DNA of 64,000 bases from an uncultured Planctomycetaceae bacterium (GCA_963785305.1 CAWAUV010000008.1:864001-928000), one strand, 5' to 3'. Positions 41,081-53,827 are shown, counted from the stretch's first letter. Program-made: numbers and translations. The notes: generated from the sequence alone by a model not told the origin.

Positions 41081-41383
41081 GGAAAAGCCACCGCGTCGAG
41101 CCAGGAAACGCCGGCTTGCGGCGGAAATCCCTCGAAGTAAACTGGTAGACTGGGCAATCTGGGCCCATGTCGCCCGCGGCGCCCATTGCGGTCGCTGGGC
41201 CAATCGCGGTTTGCGGTCTACAATGCTATCGTGGGGCTCGAGCGCTCACGGTTTCCGATCGGAAAACAGGCGCGAAACGGGCGCGGCGATTGCAGTCATC
41301 AAAGCGGCGGCGCGACAATCAAAACAGCAGCGCGCGATATGCGCCGCGATCGATAGGCATATTTACTCCTCCAAGGTGGGACC

Positions 41384-42022
41384 ATGTTGAAAAAATGGAT
41401 GGCGGTCATGTTCGTGGCCCCGCTGCTCCTCGGGAGCGCGCCGGCCTGGGCCCAATGGGGCTGGGGCGGTGGCTACTACGGCGCGACCACCATACAAGAA
41501 GGCGTGCAGCGCGGGTTCGCCGACGTGGTGCGCTCGCAAGGCATGGCCAACCTGCTCGACAGTGAAGCCGCCGTGAACAACGAAACCGCGTATTCAAAAG
41601 CGCTGGTCAATCAGCGCGATTACGTGCAAACCTATTTCGAAACTCGGCGGATGAACGAGGAATACCGGGCCGCCGAGCGCGGCAAGCCGCCCACCTCGGA
41701 GCAAATGTTTCGCTGGGCGCATTGCGAGGCGCCGCAACCGTTCAACACCTATGAGTTCGATCCGCTCAGCGGCCAAATCAATTGGCCCATGGCGCTACTC
41801 GATCCGACGTTTGCCAATTATCGCAATGCAACCGAGCAATACTTCAAGGATCGGGCCCAGAAACCGCGCACGATTTCCTTCACTTACTACCAGCAAATGC
41901 AAGAACTGGCCGAAAACTGGCTGGTCGATTTGAAGGCAAGAATCATGGACTACAAGCCCAACGATTACCTGCGGGCCCGCAAGTTCATCGAGAGTCTGTC
42001 GGCCGAAGCATCCAAGACGTAA
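41384..42022 (+). CDS. Secreted hypothetical protein
   Basis: Signal peptide (AWA), coherent 212-aa ORF, GQINWP motif. Confidence 0.75.
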   Translation: MLKKWMAVMFVAPLLLGSAPAWAQWGWGGGYYGATTIQEGVQRGFADVVRSQGMANLLDSEAAVNNETAYSKALVNQRDYVQTYFETRRMNEEYRAAERGKPPTSEQMFRWAHCEAPQPFNTYEFDPLSGQINWPMALLDPTFANYRNATEQYFKDRAQKPRTISFTYYQQMQELAENWLVDLKARIMDYKPNDYLRARKFIESLSAEASKT

Positions 42023-42148
42023 CCATTCCTGAAACCAGTCCGACTCGTCACTCGAAACGCGATCGCGCTGCCTACCGATTGAAGAGCGAAGTCGATGCCC
42101 CGCCGCTCCTCGTCGAACCCCAGCCGCCGGCTTGCGTGGGAGATTTGC

Positions 42149-44027
42149 ATGCGTTTGTTTTTCCGTGGTTTGTTTCATTCGACGCGAGGTCCTTCCGCGC
42201 GGCTGTCGATGGCCTTGGCGCTGATTTGCTCGGCCGGGGCGCCGCTTGGGCCGCCGATCCCGATCCAGCCGCGCTGATTAAAAATCTCAAGGCCGAGGAT
42301 GTCAAACAGCGCGTCGCGGCCGTCGATGGCCTCGCCGACATGGGGCCGGAAGCGAGATCCGCCGGACCGGCGCTCGCGCCGCTCTTGAAAGACCCTTCGC
42401 CCGAAGTTCGGTGGCGCACCGCGCGGGCGATTGCCAGCGTGGGCCATGCGGGCAGCGAAACTGCGGCCGCGCTCGTGGCCGATCTCGCCGACGACGATCC
42501 CCGGGTTCGCGCCTATGCGGCCTTCGCCCTCGGCAGTCTCGAAATCAAGACGCCGGCGGTCATCAGCGCCATCGGCGCCCAGATCGCCGATCCCGATCCG
42601 CTCGTGCGCCGCACCGCCTTCCGCACATTGCGCAAAATGGACCTTCCCAGTTCGGTCACGGTGCCGCTGTGGGTGAAAACCATGGCGACGACCAATCCCG
42701 ACGCCGCCATGGCCGCGGCCCAAACACTGGCCGAAGGCGGCGAAAAATCGGTGGCGTTTCTGCGCGCGGCGCTGGCCGATCCCAAGGCCGCCTATTGGGC
42801 CTGCTTGGCGCTCGCCGAGATCGGGCCGCCCGCCAAGGACGCAACGCCCGACATCGCCAAACTGCTCACCAGCGCCGAGCCCAATGTCCGGCTCGAAGCC
42901 TCGATGGCCTTGGGCGCGATCGGCGCCCGGCCAAGGACGCCCTGCCGGCGCTCACCAAGATGTTGACCAGCGACCCGGTCAAGGGCGTGCGTTACTCCGC
43001 GGCCTATGCGATCGGCGGCATTGCCGAGCCCGACCCGGCCGCGATCGCCGCGCTGCGCAAGGTGGGCGACGCCGATCCGTTTCTGACCACCGTGTGCCGC
43101 GTGGGCCCTGGCTCGCGTGAACCCCAAGGACGAAGCCCAGGTGAGTCAAGCGGTGGCGCTCCTGGTCGACGGACTCAAGAGTCCCAAGCCGGCCGTGCGG
43201 CTGGCTTCGGTCCAGGCGCTCGAGGGTCTGGGCGCTTCGGCCAAGATCGTGGGACCGGCGCTGGTCGGCGCGCTCAAGGATTCCGATCCGCAGGTGGCGA
43301 GCGAAGCGATCGATGTGCTCGGGTCGATGGGCCCGGGAATTACGCCCGAGATCGTCAAAGCGCTGGAGATTCCGGCGTTGCGTACTTATGCGCTCCAGAT
43401 TTTGTCCAAGTTTGGTCCCAAGGCCGCGGCGGCGGTCGAGGAGCTGGTCTTGTTGCTCGACGATCCGACCGTGCCAGCCGCGATTCGCCGAGAGGTTCAT
43501 TTCACGCTCGGTGAAATTGGGCCCGCCGCGGCGCCGGCCACGCCGCAGTTGGTCGGAGCGCTCGGCAGCGACAACGAACGCTTGCGCAATCGCGCCATCT
43601 ACGCGCTCGGCCATATCGGGCCCGATGCCCGTCCGGCCACCAAGACGCTCGAGGCCTTGAGCGCGAGCGGCGACGAGTTCGCCCGCATCGCCAGCCTATG
43701 GGCGCTGGTGCAAATCAATCCGACCGACAAGGAAATCGCCGCCCGCGCCGCCCCGGAACTGATGAAGGGCCTCAACTCGCAACGCGAATTGATGCGGGCC
43801 GAATCGGCGCGGGTCCTCGGACAAATGGGCGCGGCGGGCAAAGTCGCCCTGCCGGCGCTCAAGCAGGCCGCGGCCGATCCGAGCCCCGTGGTGGCCGAAG
43901 CGGCCAAGCAGGCGATCGCCCAACTCGAGGGCCGCGCGGAAAAAGCGCCGGACCGGTCAAGCAGGGCGCACCGTTGGAAAAATCGGCGCCCGCGAAATTG
44001 GCGCCCTCGAAATCTTCCGCCCGCTAG
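42149..44027 (+). CDS. Secreted HEAT/PBS-lyase repeat protein, several frameshifts
   Basis: Repeated L.D....VR..AA.ALG units across ORFs 41782-42966 and 43117-44418. Confidence 0.85.
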
Positions 44028-44414
44028 ACGCGCGGGCCTCCTCTCTCACGCACATCCACACTCTCTCTTTCCGCGCTCGCGGTGCGCCCCGGCATGCGAG
44101 TTTCTCCGCGGGTCGGTGTTTGCCGGAGCCTACCGGCCAACGCGCATGATCGCGATAATCGCTCTCACCGCGCCCCCACTTTCGGTTGTTTTGGCGTGGT
44201 CCTCCACTCGCCAACGATTTCTAAGCTATTTGTTTTTAGTCACAGTCTCGGTCTCGATGCGATCGCAGTCGCGCGAGGTAACTGGCCCTTTTGGTAACAC
44301 AGCGGCGGCGGTTTTTAATCTTGTGGTCTTTATTGTGCCACGAGACGGTTCGGCGCGTACAACCCGCGAAGGCCAGCTTTACATAGGCGGCCTTTTTTGG
44401 CGTGGGAAAGGACA

Positions 44415-45356
44415 ATGATGAAGGTTTTGGTGGTCGACGATGAGCGTAGCGTGCGCGAGACGCTCGCGAAGCTGCTTCGCTCGCGCGGTTACGAAGTGGT
44501 GCTCGCGGTCGATGGGCTCGAGGCCCACGCCATTTTGCAGCAGCCCGACGCCCCGCAGCTCGTGATTCTCGACTGGCAATTGCCGCGAATGACCGGCATC
44601 GAGCTTTGTCGGGAAGTGCGGCGGCGCGGACTCGAACGCTACACGTACATCGTGCTGCTCACGGCGAAGAATCGTCGCGACGATCTGCTCGATGGATTTG
44701 CCGCCGGCGCCGACGACTACATCGTCAAGCCTTTCGATTACCAAGAGCTGTGCATGCGACTGCATGCCGGGAAACGCATCCTCCACCTTCAGGCCCAATT
44801 GATCGCCACCCGCGAAGCCTTCCGCCAACAGTCGCTCCGCGATTCGCTCACCGGGCTTTGGAACTGCGCGGGCATTTTCGACATCTTGGAGCGAGAATTG
44901 GCCCGCTCGGCCCGGCAAGAATCGTGCGTGGCGGCGACCCTCCTGGATCTCGACGATTTCAAACAGATCAACGATCGCCATGGCCACTTGGCCGGCGACG
45001 CGGTGCTACGCGAGGTGGCCGCGGCGATTCGCAATGCCACGCGTTCCATCGACGGAATCGGTCGCCAGGGCGGCGATGAATTTTTGATCGTGCTGCCCGG
45101 TTGCGACGAGCGAGGCGCCCGGGCCTACGCCGAACGGATTCGCGCGGCGATCGGCCAGATAAGGATCGAAACCGGCTCGGGCATCGTGGGAGTCACGGCG
45201 AGTATTGGCGTGGCCGTGGCCGGCCCTTCGATCGACGACGCCTATACCCTGCTGCGCGACGCCGACGAAGCACTCTTCGCCGCCAAACGCCAGGGCCGCA
45301 ACCGCGTGGAAATAGCCAGCCCAGTCAACTCGGGCCTCACCCTCGCCGCCTGTTAG
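44415..45356 (+). CDS. Response-regulator diguanylate cyclase (REC-GGDEF)
   Basis: VVDD, DSLTGLWN, FKQINDRHGH..GD, RSID I-site, GGDEF. Confidence 0.95.
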   Translation: MMKVLVVDDERSVRETLAKLLRSRGYEVVLAVDGLEAHAILQQPDAPQLVILDWQLPRMTGIELCREVRRRGLERYTYIVLLTAKNRRDDLLDGFAAGADDYIVKPFDYQELCMRLHAGKRILHLQAQLIATREAFRQQSLRDSLTGLWNCAGIFDILERELARSARQESCVAATLLDLDDFKQINDRHGHLAGDAVLREVAAAIRNATRSIDGIGRQGGDEFLIVLPGCDERGARAYAERIRAAIGQIRIETGSGIVGVTASIGVAVAGPSIDDAYTLLRDADEALFAAKRQGRNRVEIASPVNSGLTLAAC

Positions 45357-45555
45357 AGGGCCTTCGCCGGCGCTTTCAGGCATGTGCGCGGGCCGAGCCG
45401 CCACGCGTCGTTCCGCAATTCGCGACGTTCAAGAGCGCCCCGATCCCACAAGCCGGAAGCGCGAGCGAAGGCGCCCGCCGGCGCCCACGATCCAGCGAGT
45501 TGGCCCCGTCGCGGTCTGGGGCGAAATCATGCGATCGAGGCGTCGGGGGGCGGGT

Positions 45556-46569
45556 TTATCGTTGAACGATCTCAATGGTTCCGCGAAGTTCGGCCGCGTG
45601 GCGGAAGTAGCGCGAAGCGGCGCACATCAGCAGCACCGTTAGCGCGAGCAAGACGACCGCTTTTCGGGCAACGGGGCGTTCGGGTCTTGAGCCCAATGCG
45701 GCGGCGGCGAGCACATGCATGAGTCGCAAGGCCACGAGCACTCCGGCGCCCACCAGCGCGAGACCAAGAAAGTCGCCGCTCCAGGTCGTCCCGGCGCCGG
45801 TCGGGGTTATCACCAGCAGCCATAGCCCAACCGGCACTTGCGACAGCGAGGCCAACAGCGCCCACATCGCGCCGCCCGCCAGGAGCGCGCGAAAGCCGCC
45901 ATGGTTCGCATCGGGCGCGGCGTCGCCTTCATTCGCGCGCCGCTCGGCGAGCCACATCACCGAGATGCCCGCGGTGGCCAGGGCCGCCAACCATACATGC
46001 ATCACGCGCGATATCACTTCCGGATCGACAAGCAGCGAGTGATACAATGCCCGATCGAGCGTGCCCGACCAAAGCTCTGGCCGATGCGAGATCACTCCGA
46101 CCATGGCGAACAGCGGAGGAAAGTGCATCATGAGGTTAGCGGCGCTGGCCACCGCCAGCACCCGCGCGAGCCACGCCAGCCGCGGCGCGTTGCCCGCAAG
46201 CTGGCGGTAGGCCGCGATCAAGACCAAGGAAAACACGAGCTCCAGCCCGGCATAAGTGAGCCGGTCTCGCGGAATCATGGCGAAGGCCGCCTTATAGGCA
46301 AGCTCGCCCGAGAACCAAACCAAGCCCAAGAGCAGCCCGCCGAGCAGCGCGCCCGCGACCAAGGCCGCCAGCGACCAGCTCGCCAAGCGTCGCTGAACCT
46401 TGGCCGCCGGCGCCACTCGATCACGGCCCGACTTCACATCGAGCCAGATACAAAGCAGCGGGCCGGCCATCGCCAGGTTCACCGCCAGCAAGTGGCATGC
46501 GAAGACCAGGATCGCGACCATTTCAAGGGCGGAACGCGACAATGAAAACGCGACAAGATGCGCGAGCAC
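45556..46569 (-). CDS. Hypothetical polytopic membrane protein
   Basis: About 8 hydrophobic segments with intramembrane His (FACHLL, MMHFP, VMHVW). Confidence 0.7.
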   Translation of the reverse strand: MLAHLVAFSLSRSALEMVAILVFACHLLAVNLAMAGPLLCIWLDVKSGRDRVAPAAKVQRRLASWSLAALVAGALLGGLLLGLVWFSGELAYKAAFAMIPRDRLTYAGLELVFSLVLIAAYRQLAGNAPRLAWLARVLAVASAANLMMHFPPLFAMVGVISHRPELWSGTLDRALYHSLLVDPEVISRVMHVWLAALATAGISVMWLAERRANEGDAAPDANHGGFRALLAGGAMWALLASLSQVPVGLWLLVITPTGAGTTWSGDFLGLALVGAGVLVALRLMHVLAAAALGSRPERPVARKAVVLLALTVLLMCAASRYFRHAAELRGTIEIVQR

Positions 46570-46621
46570 GAAGCAAGTCTCCGGTCGAGTGGAAGAAGTT
46601 GGCGAGGCGGGCGCCGACCGG

Positions 46622-49121
46622 TCAGGGGCGCTCGGCGGCGCTCATGCGCTGGGCGGCGGCCGTCGTCGGGTTCGGCTCCGTCGCCGCCCTCGCCGCCAAG
46701 GGCATTCTCCACTCCGGAAACAATTGTGCAAGCGCCCGACGAATGTCGGGGTGCGACATGAACAGCTTCTCGGCGAAATGATCTTCGAGATACGAATCGA
46801 TCAAGATCAGCATCGGGCCATGATCGATCGCGAAGCCGGCTGGGTGCAGCCATTTGCCTTGTTTGCGAAGCAGCGGTTGCGAGCCGGGCCCGGCGTCGGC
46901 TATTTCGAGGTTGTAGGCGTCGGCGAAGCCTACCCGCGGATGCAAGAGCCCGAGCCGTTGACACTCCCAAAGGCTTTCGATCGTTTCTCGGGGAGCATGC
47001 AAGATCGAGGAGCCGGCGCCATAGACGGTGAGCGTGCCGGTTTCGAGGCCGCGCTCGCCGCGGCGGCGTTGCTCGTCGGTCGGCTCGTCGGCAATGGCCA
47101 GATTCGGCGCCGCTTCGGGAAAGTACGCTTCAAACGGCCCATCGCACGCGCTCAAGCCGAAGGCCGCGGGGCCGAGGCTCGCGTGGCGCAGCGGATTGCG
47201 AATCGCATAGTCACGGCAGGCGAGGATCGCGACTCCGCGTGTTGTCGAAATAATCGATCGGCGGCGCATGGCCGAGCGGGTCGTGGTCGTAGCCCAGCGC
47301 CTGGGTGTCGAGCCACACGCTCGCGAACTGATAGGTGAACAGCGAGCCCGACCAGGTGCGCACGAACGGCCCGTTCTTCCGATCGCGCCGGGTGGCGAAG
47401 AATACGCTGGGGTCGACGCGCCGCCGACTGTCGGGCGCCGCGATCGCCAAGAGCGAGATCAGCAGACTTTCGTCGGTGTAGAAATCCAGCGTGGCGCCGA
47501 CTTCGCGCTCTTCGTCGGGCACGCCATCGCCCGGCACGACCACGATCTTGCTCGCATACTGCCCCAGCTTGTCGGCGTCGGTAATGGCAAAGCGACCAAA
47601 GAGCGAGCCGCGATTGTCGCGGTATTCCGCCGGCTTCCATCCGAGGTAAAACTGGTTCGTCAGCCGATCGAGCATGAAGGGCCAATCGACGCGGGCATGG
47701 ATCGCGTCGGCCCGGCGGCGAATTTCTTCTTCCAATTCATTCGACCGATCGAAATACTGCCGTGCGCAAATGACGCCACAGATCGCGATCGCGGTGTCGA
47801 TCGTGCTCAGCTCGACCGTGTTGAGGCTTTCGTGAATATTGGGCGTGGCGGCTTGGTCGAAATTTTGTTTTCGCCGACCGTCGACTCCCAGGAAGTGATA
47901 GAAGAATCCCTTGTGGCCGATGGTTCCCACTCGCTCGGCGCCCTGCGGCGCTTCGTGGAGGAGCTTGAGGAGTTCGCGCACTCGGCCGGCGGACTGCTCG
48001 CGGGTCAGATAACCGCGCTCGGCGCCGATCGTATACGCCGTGAGTTGAAAGCCGGCGCCGCCCACGGTGAGCAGGTCGGGAAAGGTCGAACGATCGCGAA
48101 TCATTCCGCCGGCGCCCGGCTCGCGCGAAGCAAAGTCGAGAAAATAAAGAAAGCTCATCGCGCGCACATCCTCGAGCAGAGCGCGGGAATACTCCGGTTT
48201 GCCGCAGGCGCGATCGAGATCGGGATATTCGCCATCGCGATCCACGAGCGCCACATTGTCGACAAGGAGCGTGCCGCTGGCGGGGTTTTGCACGATGGGG
48301 TCGGTCGCCTGCGCCGACTGCCCCAAGACGCCACCTGACTGCCCCGCGTCGCCGCCCGCCTGCCGCTCGACGCTGAACGAAATCTTCTTGAGCCGCCCCA
48401 GGTCGAGCGAGCCGCCGGCGCTCGGCCATTCGCCGCTCACCAGCGGGAGCGCCAAAGTTTGCCAACGATCGGCCGCGAGCAGCGCGCGACGCGAACCGAC
48501 ATGCCCGGCGTCGTCGGTCAGGTCGATTCGCAGCGCGATGGCAGCCCGCGGTTTGATATCGAAGCGCAATTCTTCGACCGAGCGACCGGCGAACAACCGG
48601 GCCGACGAAGCACCGAACACATTGTTGACATCGAGTGAATAGCCGCGAAGGGGCGTGAGATGTCGCGGCTCCTTGCCGTCGAACGAGGTCTTGACTTCGG
48701 TGGGACCGAAGAGCGTGCAACCGACCCCAACCCAGCCGGTTTCGCCCATCGGTTGGGTGAAGTCCCAACTGAGCTCCAGGCTGCCGCCGGGGGCGCCCGA
48801 CGATTCGGAATTCCAGGAAATGGCGCCGAGTCCGGCGTGCGACTCGGTCAGAGTGCAGGCGCCGCCCAGGTAGTTGATGCCCATTTGCCCGGGCGTGATG
48901 TCGTTGTCGAAGTCATCGATCACAAAGGTCTGCCCGGTCTTCGCGGGCAGCGGAAGCTGCGCCGGGCCCAGGAGCGGGTCGGCCGCGCTCGCGAGCCTCG
49001 CGATGGCGACGGTCGCAAGCGCGAGTGAAATGAGCGAGAAACCCATGTGAGCGCGAAACGATAGCCAGCGAATAATCGTCGGTCGACGCGGCATGGTCAA
49101 AAGTCCGGAGCGCATGCGCAT
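46622..49121 (-). CDS. Glucoamylase-like / GH144-type beta-1,2-glucanase with an N-terminal CBM-like region, frameshift ~47230
   Basis: HKGFFYHF, ELSTIDTA, VDWPFM, SGSLFTYQF, FGLSACDGP, AIDHGPMLI. Confidence 0.75.
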
Positions 49122-49465
49122 GAGGTGGGCTCCTCATCAATGAAAATAGGACTACCGGCCCCGCGGGCGACGCCATGATCCGAATCGCGTCGCTGGAAAT
49201 GAAGGGACTTGGGCAAGAGACAGAAGGGCTCGAAGGCGGATTCGTGATTTTTGTATCCATCAGCGAACTACCCTATTCTACCACCCAATATCCTTGAGAG
49301 TAGTCACGCGCGTTGCAAAAAACCACCGGCGTGAGCCAATGAAGCAACATCGCTCGCCAGGATCGATGAGTTCGTGCAAAATTGCACGATCCTCGCGCGC
49401 CGCCTTCGCGCAAAGCCGCCGCTTACTTCATCAAGAAAATCGCTCCGCCCCGGGATGTCCGCTCC

Positions 49466-50085
49466 ATGTGCCATGTGCTCTATCGCGATGACCGTCTGCT
49501 TGTGCTCGACAAACCGTCGGGCCTGTTGGCGGTGCCAGGCCGCGGGCCCGACCTACAAGATTGCTTGAGCTCGCGGGTGCAAGCCTTCGCTCCTGGAGCG
49601 CTGGTCGTGCATCGGCTCGATCGCGACACCTCGGGCCTGATCGTCATGGCGCTCGACGCCGGCGCTCAGCGCGAGCTCAGCCGCCAGTTTGCCGAGCGGA
49701 TCGCGGAGAAGCGATATGTTGCCGTGGTGTTTGGCGCCACGGGCGAAGACGAGGGCCTCGTCGATTTGCCGATGCGAAAGGACTTCGACCATCCGCCGCG
49801 TCACTGCATCGACATGGCCGCCGGGCGACCGGCGCAAACGGCGTGGCGAGTGCTCGCGCGCGAAAGCGACCGGAGCCGTTGGGAACTCCGGCCGATCACC
49901 GGTCGGTCGCATCAGATTCGCTTGCACTTGGCGACGATCGAGCACCCATTCTTGGTGATCCGCTCTACGCGCCGCCCGCTGCGCTGGCCCTAGCGCCGCG
50001 GCTCTTGCTCCACGCCACCGAACTGGCGCTCATGCACCCGAGCGATGGCCGGCGAATCGCCTGGAGCTCGCCCTGCCCTTTTTGA
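49466..50085 (+). CDS. rluA: RluA-family pseudouridine synthase, frameshift ~49950
   Basis: DKPSGLL, HRLDRDTSG, TGRSHQIRLH, ILGDPLY, LLLHA. Confidence 0.92.
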
Positions 50086-50194
50086 GGAGAGCGGAAGCAC
50101 GAGTGGCCGCGAATCAACGAACATTGGCATCTCGGAAAAGGGAAGGGTTTGATTCAACGCGATCCCCATACCCGATTGAAATATCGACACGCTG

Positions 50195-50363
50195 CTAGTG
50201 CATTGTCACAATTGAAATGACGGGTCGGATTGGTTCCGTGCGCCATGCCCAAGGCCCTGCGTGGCCATGAGGACTCCGCATGGCGGATCGAAAACATGCC
50301 CACGCTGGGCGTGGGCATGGCACACGGGGTTACCTATCATTTCAGCCGTGCCAAATGCATTAG
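50195..50363. mobile_element. REPIN/MITE-like 169-bp element, second copy
   Basis: CTAGTGCATTGTCAC ... GTGCCAAATGCATTAG; two internal REP palindromes; right end overlaps the Dabb stop codon. Confidence 0.8.
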
Positions 50364-50778
50364 TGCTCGGCCCAATAGTCGACCACTACCACGCGGTCGC
50401 GGTGCTTGCCGGCCACCTTCACATATTCCGCATGCGCCGGATGCTTGATATAGGCCGCGCACCCCGCTTCGTCCTTGAACGTGACCACGAACACATATTG
50501 CAAGCCATCGGACTTGCCTTCCTCGCTCACATTCGGACCATGCTCGAAACCGATCCCCGTGTCGATCTGTTTCGGTAGCTTGCAAAAGGCGTCGATCAAT
50601 TCCTGCTGCTGGGCCGGCGTCTGGCCATCGACGAACTTGTACATCACCACATGCCGCAGCACCCGATTCGAGCCGCCGGCCGACTTTTCGGGCGCCGCGC
50701 AAAACAAGCTCCGGCCGAGATCGAAAGCACAACCATCGCTGAAATCAACGCGCTCGATTGCATGGCAAAGGTCCTCAT
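50360..50778 (-). CDS. Dabb-family stress-responsive A/B barrel protein (frameshift ~50700)
   Basis: LRHVVMYKF, GPNVSEEG, YIKHPAH, VVDYW. Confidence 0.88.
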
Positions 50779-50924
50779 GGGGGTTCGAGAGTGGAGGGAA
50801 CCGGTGAGTGTCCGCGGGGAAAACGGAAATGCATGATGTCGCGCGGCCATCATGGGCCTGGCGACGGAGTGGCGCGAGCGGGTTGAGCGTTAGGTGTCAC
50901 GTTCCGAGCCGCGCTGTTCGGTGC

Positions 50925-52433
50925 TCAACGAAATGGGTCGTCCTCGACCGATGGCGATGACTTGGGCGTCGCGTTTGGAGTCGCGTCTTCCAACGACTCG
51001 TTGCCGGCCGGACGGGCATTGGCTGAATTCGCGTCTGCTGGTTTATGGTCGCGTGAATTCGTGTTGTTCGGCGCCGCGGGAGGTTGCGGCGATGGGATTT
51101 CTCCGCGTGCCCGGGCCGCTTTCCATTCGTCCCATTTGTGAAACGCCTTGACGCGAGCCGCGTCGTCGGCCAGGGCGAGCGATCCGGCCAGGTAGACCAA
51201 TGTCGGATGGGGCTGGAGCCGATCGAAGCCGTAGCTCTTCGGATCCTGTTTCGTCAGCCGGGCCGCCACCGCCAGCGCCACTTCGCGCACTTGCACCTGC
51301 ACATCGCGGCGATTGAACCGGTGTTTGACGCACACTTTCTCATCGCTGAAATAACGCTCGATCCGCGGCAAATCCTCGATGGACCCATAACGCCCCAGCG
51401 CCAGCAGCGCATAGGGCCGGGCGTCCAAGGCGCCGCCATCGCCATCGAGCACTTGGCGAGCCAGCGCGAGCGAGGCGTCTTTCATATCGTAGGCAAAGGC
51501 CAGCATCAGCTTGCGCTGGGTGACGATCGGAGTCGTGTCGCGAGCGATCCACATGCCGAGCAGTTGCCGGTACAGGGTTCGCGTCACCGCCACGCGCATG
51601 CCCGGGGCAAAGCCCGGCGCAGCGTTTTTCCGGCGGCGCTCGCCGCGGTTTGCAGCCGCACGCCTTGCTCGAAGGCCGGGTAATGCACGAGTGTTTCCAT
51701 CATCACGGCGCTGTCGTCGTCGACCGTTACTTCGGCCAAGCCGCTCATGAATAAAATCGTGGCGATGCCACCCACGGCTTGCTCGATGCTCTCGGCGTCG
51801 GTCTGTTGAATGAGCGATTGGACTTCATCGCACTGCTCGGCGAAGATCGTATTGAGCGACGGATCTCGCGCGGCCAAGGCATCCCAGAGCCGCGATTCGG
51901 CGCACTGCATCGCGACAAACAGTGCCCGAGCCTCGCGCCCATCGCCCAGCGCGCGACGATAGCGATCCCAGCCCGGCAGGTCATCGTGTCGCTGGCCATC
52001 GAGGTCCGATGCGAAGGCATCGAGCCGCACGCGAAAGTCGCATTCGATAATGACGCGGAGCACTTTTTCGGCCCGGGCGCGAACCTCGGCGTCGGAGCTT
52101 GCAAGGAGCCGCTGCATTGCGGGCCGGGCCGCGATGCCCACGTCGATTAGTTGGCGGGTCGCCCGCTCGCGAATCGAATACGAGGGACTGCCGAGTTGCC
52201 GGGCCTGCGATTCGATGAAGGGTGTTTCGCCGGCGAAGCGAGTGTCGCGGGAGCGCGGCGGCGAAGCGGCGCGCTGGATCGTCGGTGGCGGCGAAGCATT
52301 GCCGCGCCGGCGGGGCCAGGGCCAGCATCCAGCCCAGGGTCAAGACCGCCGCGACCGGCAGGCCGACGTTTCGGAGCGAAGTCTGCTTGATCGCGAGATT
52401 CGGCCGAAGCCGCGGCGACAAATGCGTGGACAT
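50925..52433 (-). CDS. Hypothetical secreted helical-repeat protein, frameshifted
   Basis: Consecutive fragments 51981-52475, 51584-52141 and 50925-51599 (DAEVRARA, VREVALAV). Confidence 0.65.
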
Positions 52434-53170
52434 GGCGGCCATTTTCCCGAGTTCGCTCCCCGGCGCTGGCTTCAAGATGAGCGCCCCTCAACGATAGCTT
52501 AGTGCCTCGCGCTCCGCCATTATAGGGGCGCTGGCCCGGGCAGTTCTCTTTTTTCCGAAAAACCTCTCTCCGAAAAATGCCGGGCCTGAAAATCCGGCGT
52601 CGTTCGATGCCCGAATCGCCCGACCCTTGGCCGATGAGCGAGCGGCCACTGCCGGGGTTGGGCGGGATTTTGGAGGACTATGAAGACAACGTAATGCAAA
52701 TCTCGCCCGCGAGTCGCCGAATTGGAGTTAACGACCTGGACCGTCGTGCGGTTCCCCTTGCAATTCTCTCCCGCGTCGTTGCCGGCCGTGTCGTTCTTTA
52801 GGCGCGATGGCAGGCTGGCAATTCTTCGTGTAAAAAAGTCGCGGCAAAGATTTTCACGACGCGGGCGCCCGACCGGGGGAGTGATTGAGTACGAAAGCGG
52901 CGAGACGTGGGGTGTTTGAATAATTACTTTCTCAATAGGTCCTTGCAAGGATTAGCGCTATGACTATACTTTCCCACTCTGGCGACGCCATAAAGCGATT
53001 CGCCACTTGTGCGGCCAGGATTCGGCCACGCGAACTGACCGGAAACTGGAGACATAAAGCACTGACAGAACACGACTTGCGATTTTGTTGCCTCTTGGAA
53101 TAATCTGCATTTCGCTGTTCGAGACGGGATCATTCAACGACGGGCGCCTTCCCTCGAGTTATTAAGAATC

Positions 53171-53827
53171 ATGCCGCAACTTTTTCATCCGATCGCAAAT
53201 GCTTATGCCCGCGGATCGATTCTATTTGGGGGGTTGCTGGCCGGCGGACTGCTTTTCGTGGGCTGGGCCCATGAACGCTCGGCCTATGTGACCAATCAAA
53301 ACGTGGTCCGCGAGCAGCCGGTTCCTTTTAGCCACAACCATCATGTCGCCGGCCTGGGGCTCGATTGCCGCTACTGCCATCTGTCCGTGGAAAAAGCCGG
53401 CTTCGCGGGCATTCCGCCCACGCAGGTCTGCTATGGCTGCCATCAGGTGATCTGGAAAGACAGCCCGATGCTCGAGCCGGTGCGGGCCAGCTACCGCACG
53501 GGCGAGCCTCTGAAATGGAATCGGGTGCACGATCTGCCTGATTTCGTCTATTTCAACCACAGTATCCACATCGCCAAGGGCGTCGGCTGCGAAAGCTGTC
53601 ATGGCGAAGTCGATAAAATGCCGCTCATTCGCAAGGCAAAGACATTGCAGATGGATTTCTGCCTCGACTGCCACCGGCATCCCGAGCTCAAGGTGCGCGA
53701 AAAAGACGATGTGTTCAAATTCGGCGACGCGGTCACTCCGGTCGATGCCGAGCAAGGCAAGAAGTTGGTGAAAGAACGCGGCATTGTCACGAAACAACTC
53801 GATAACTGCTGGGTATGCCATCGATGA
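53171..53827 (+). CDS. actA: Alternative complex III pentaheme cytochrome c
   Basis: QPVPFSH..H and five CxxCH motifs. Confidence 0.93.
   Translation: MPQLFHPIANAYARGSILFGGLLAGGLLFVGWAHERSAYVTNQNVVREQPVPFSHNHHVAGLGLDCRYCHLSVEKAGFAGIPPTQVCYGCHQVIWKDSPMLEPVRASYRTGEPLKWNRVHDLPDFVYFNHSIHIAKGVGCESCHGEVDKMPLIRKAKTLQMDFCLDCHRHPELKVREKDDVFKFGDAVTPVDAEQGKKLVKERGIVTKQLDNCWVCHR

Noticed and set aside
43960..44418. C-terminal extension of the HEAT ORF to 44418
   Set aside because: Read-through after a frameshift into the promoter region of the diguanylate cyclase; the plausible end is 44027.
48913..49260. Leader peptide ORF upstream of the glucanase
   Set aside because: It overlaps the RBS and start of the real gene out of frame and has no supporting features.
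52800..53170. FNR or Rex site upstream of actA
   Set aside because: AT-rich promoter region, but no properly spaced palindrome found by eye.
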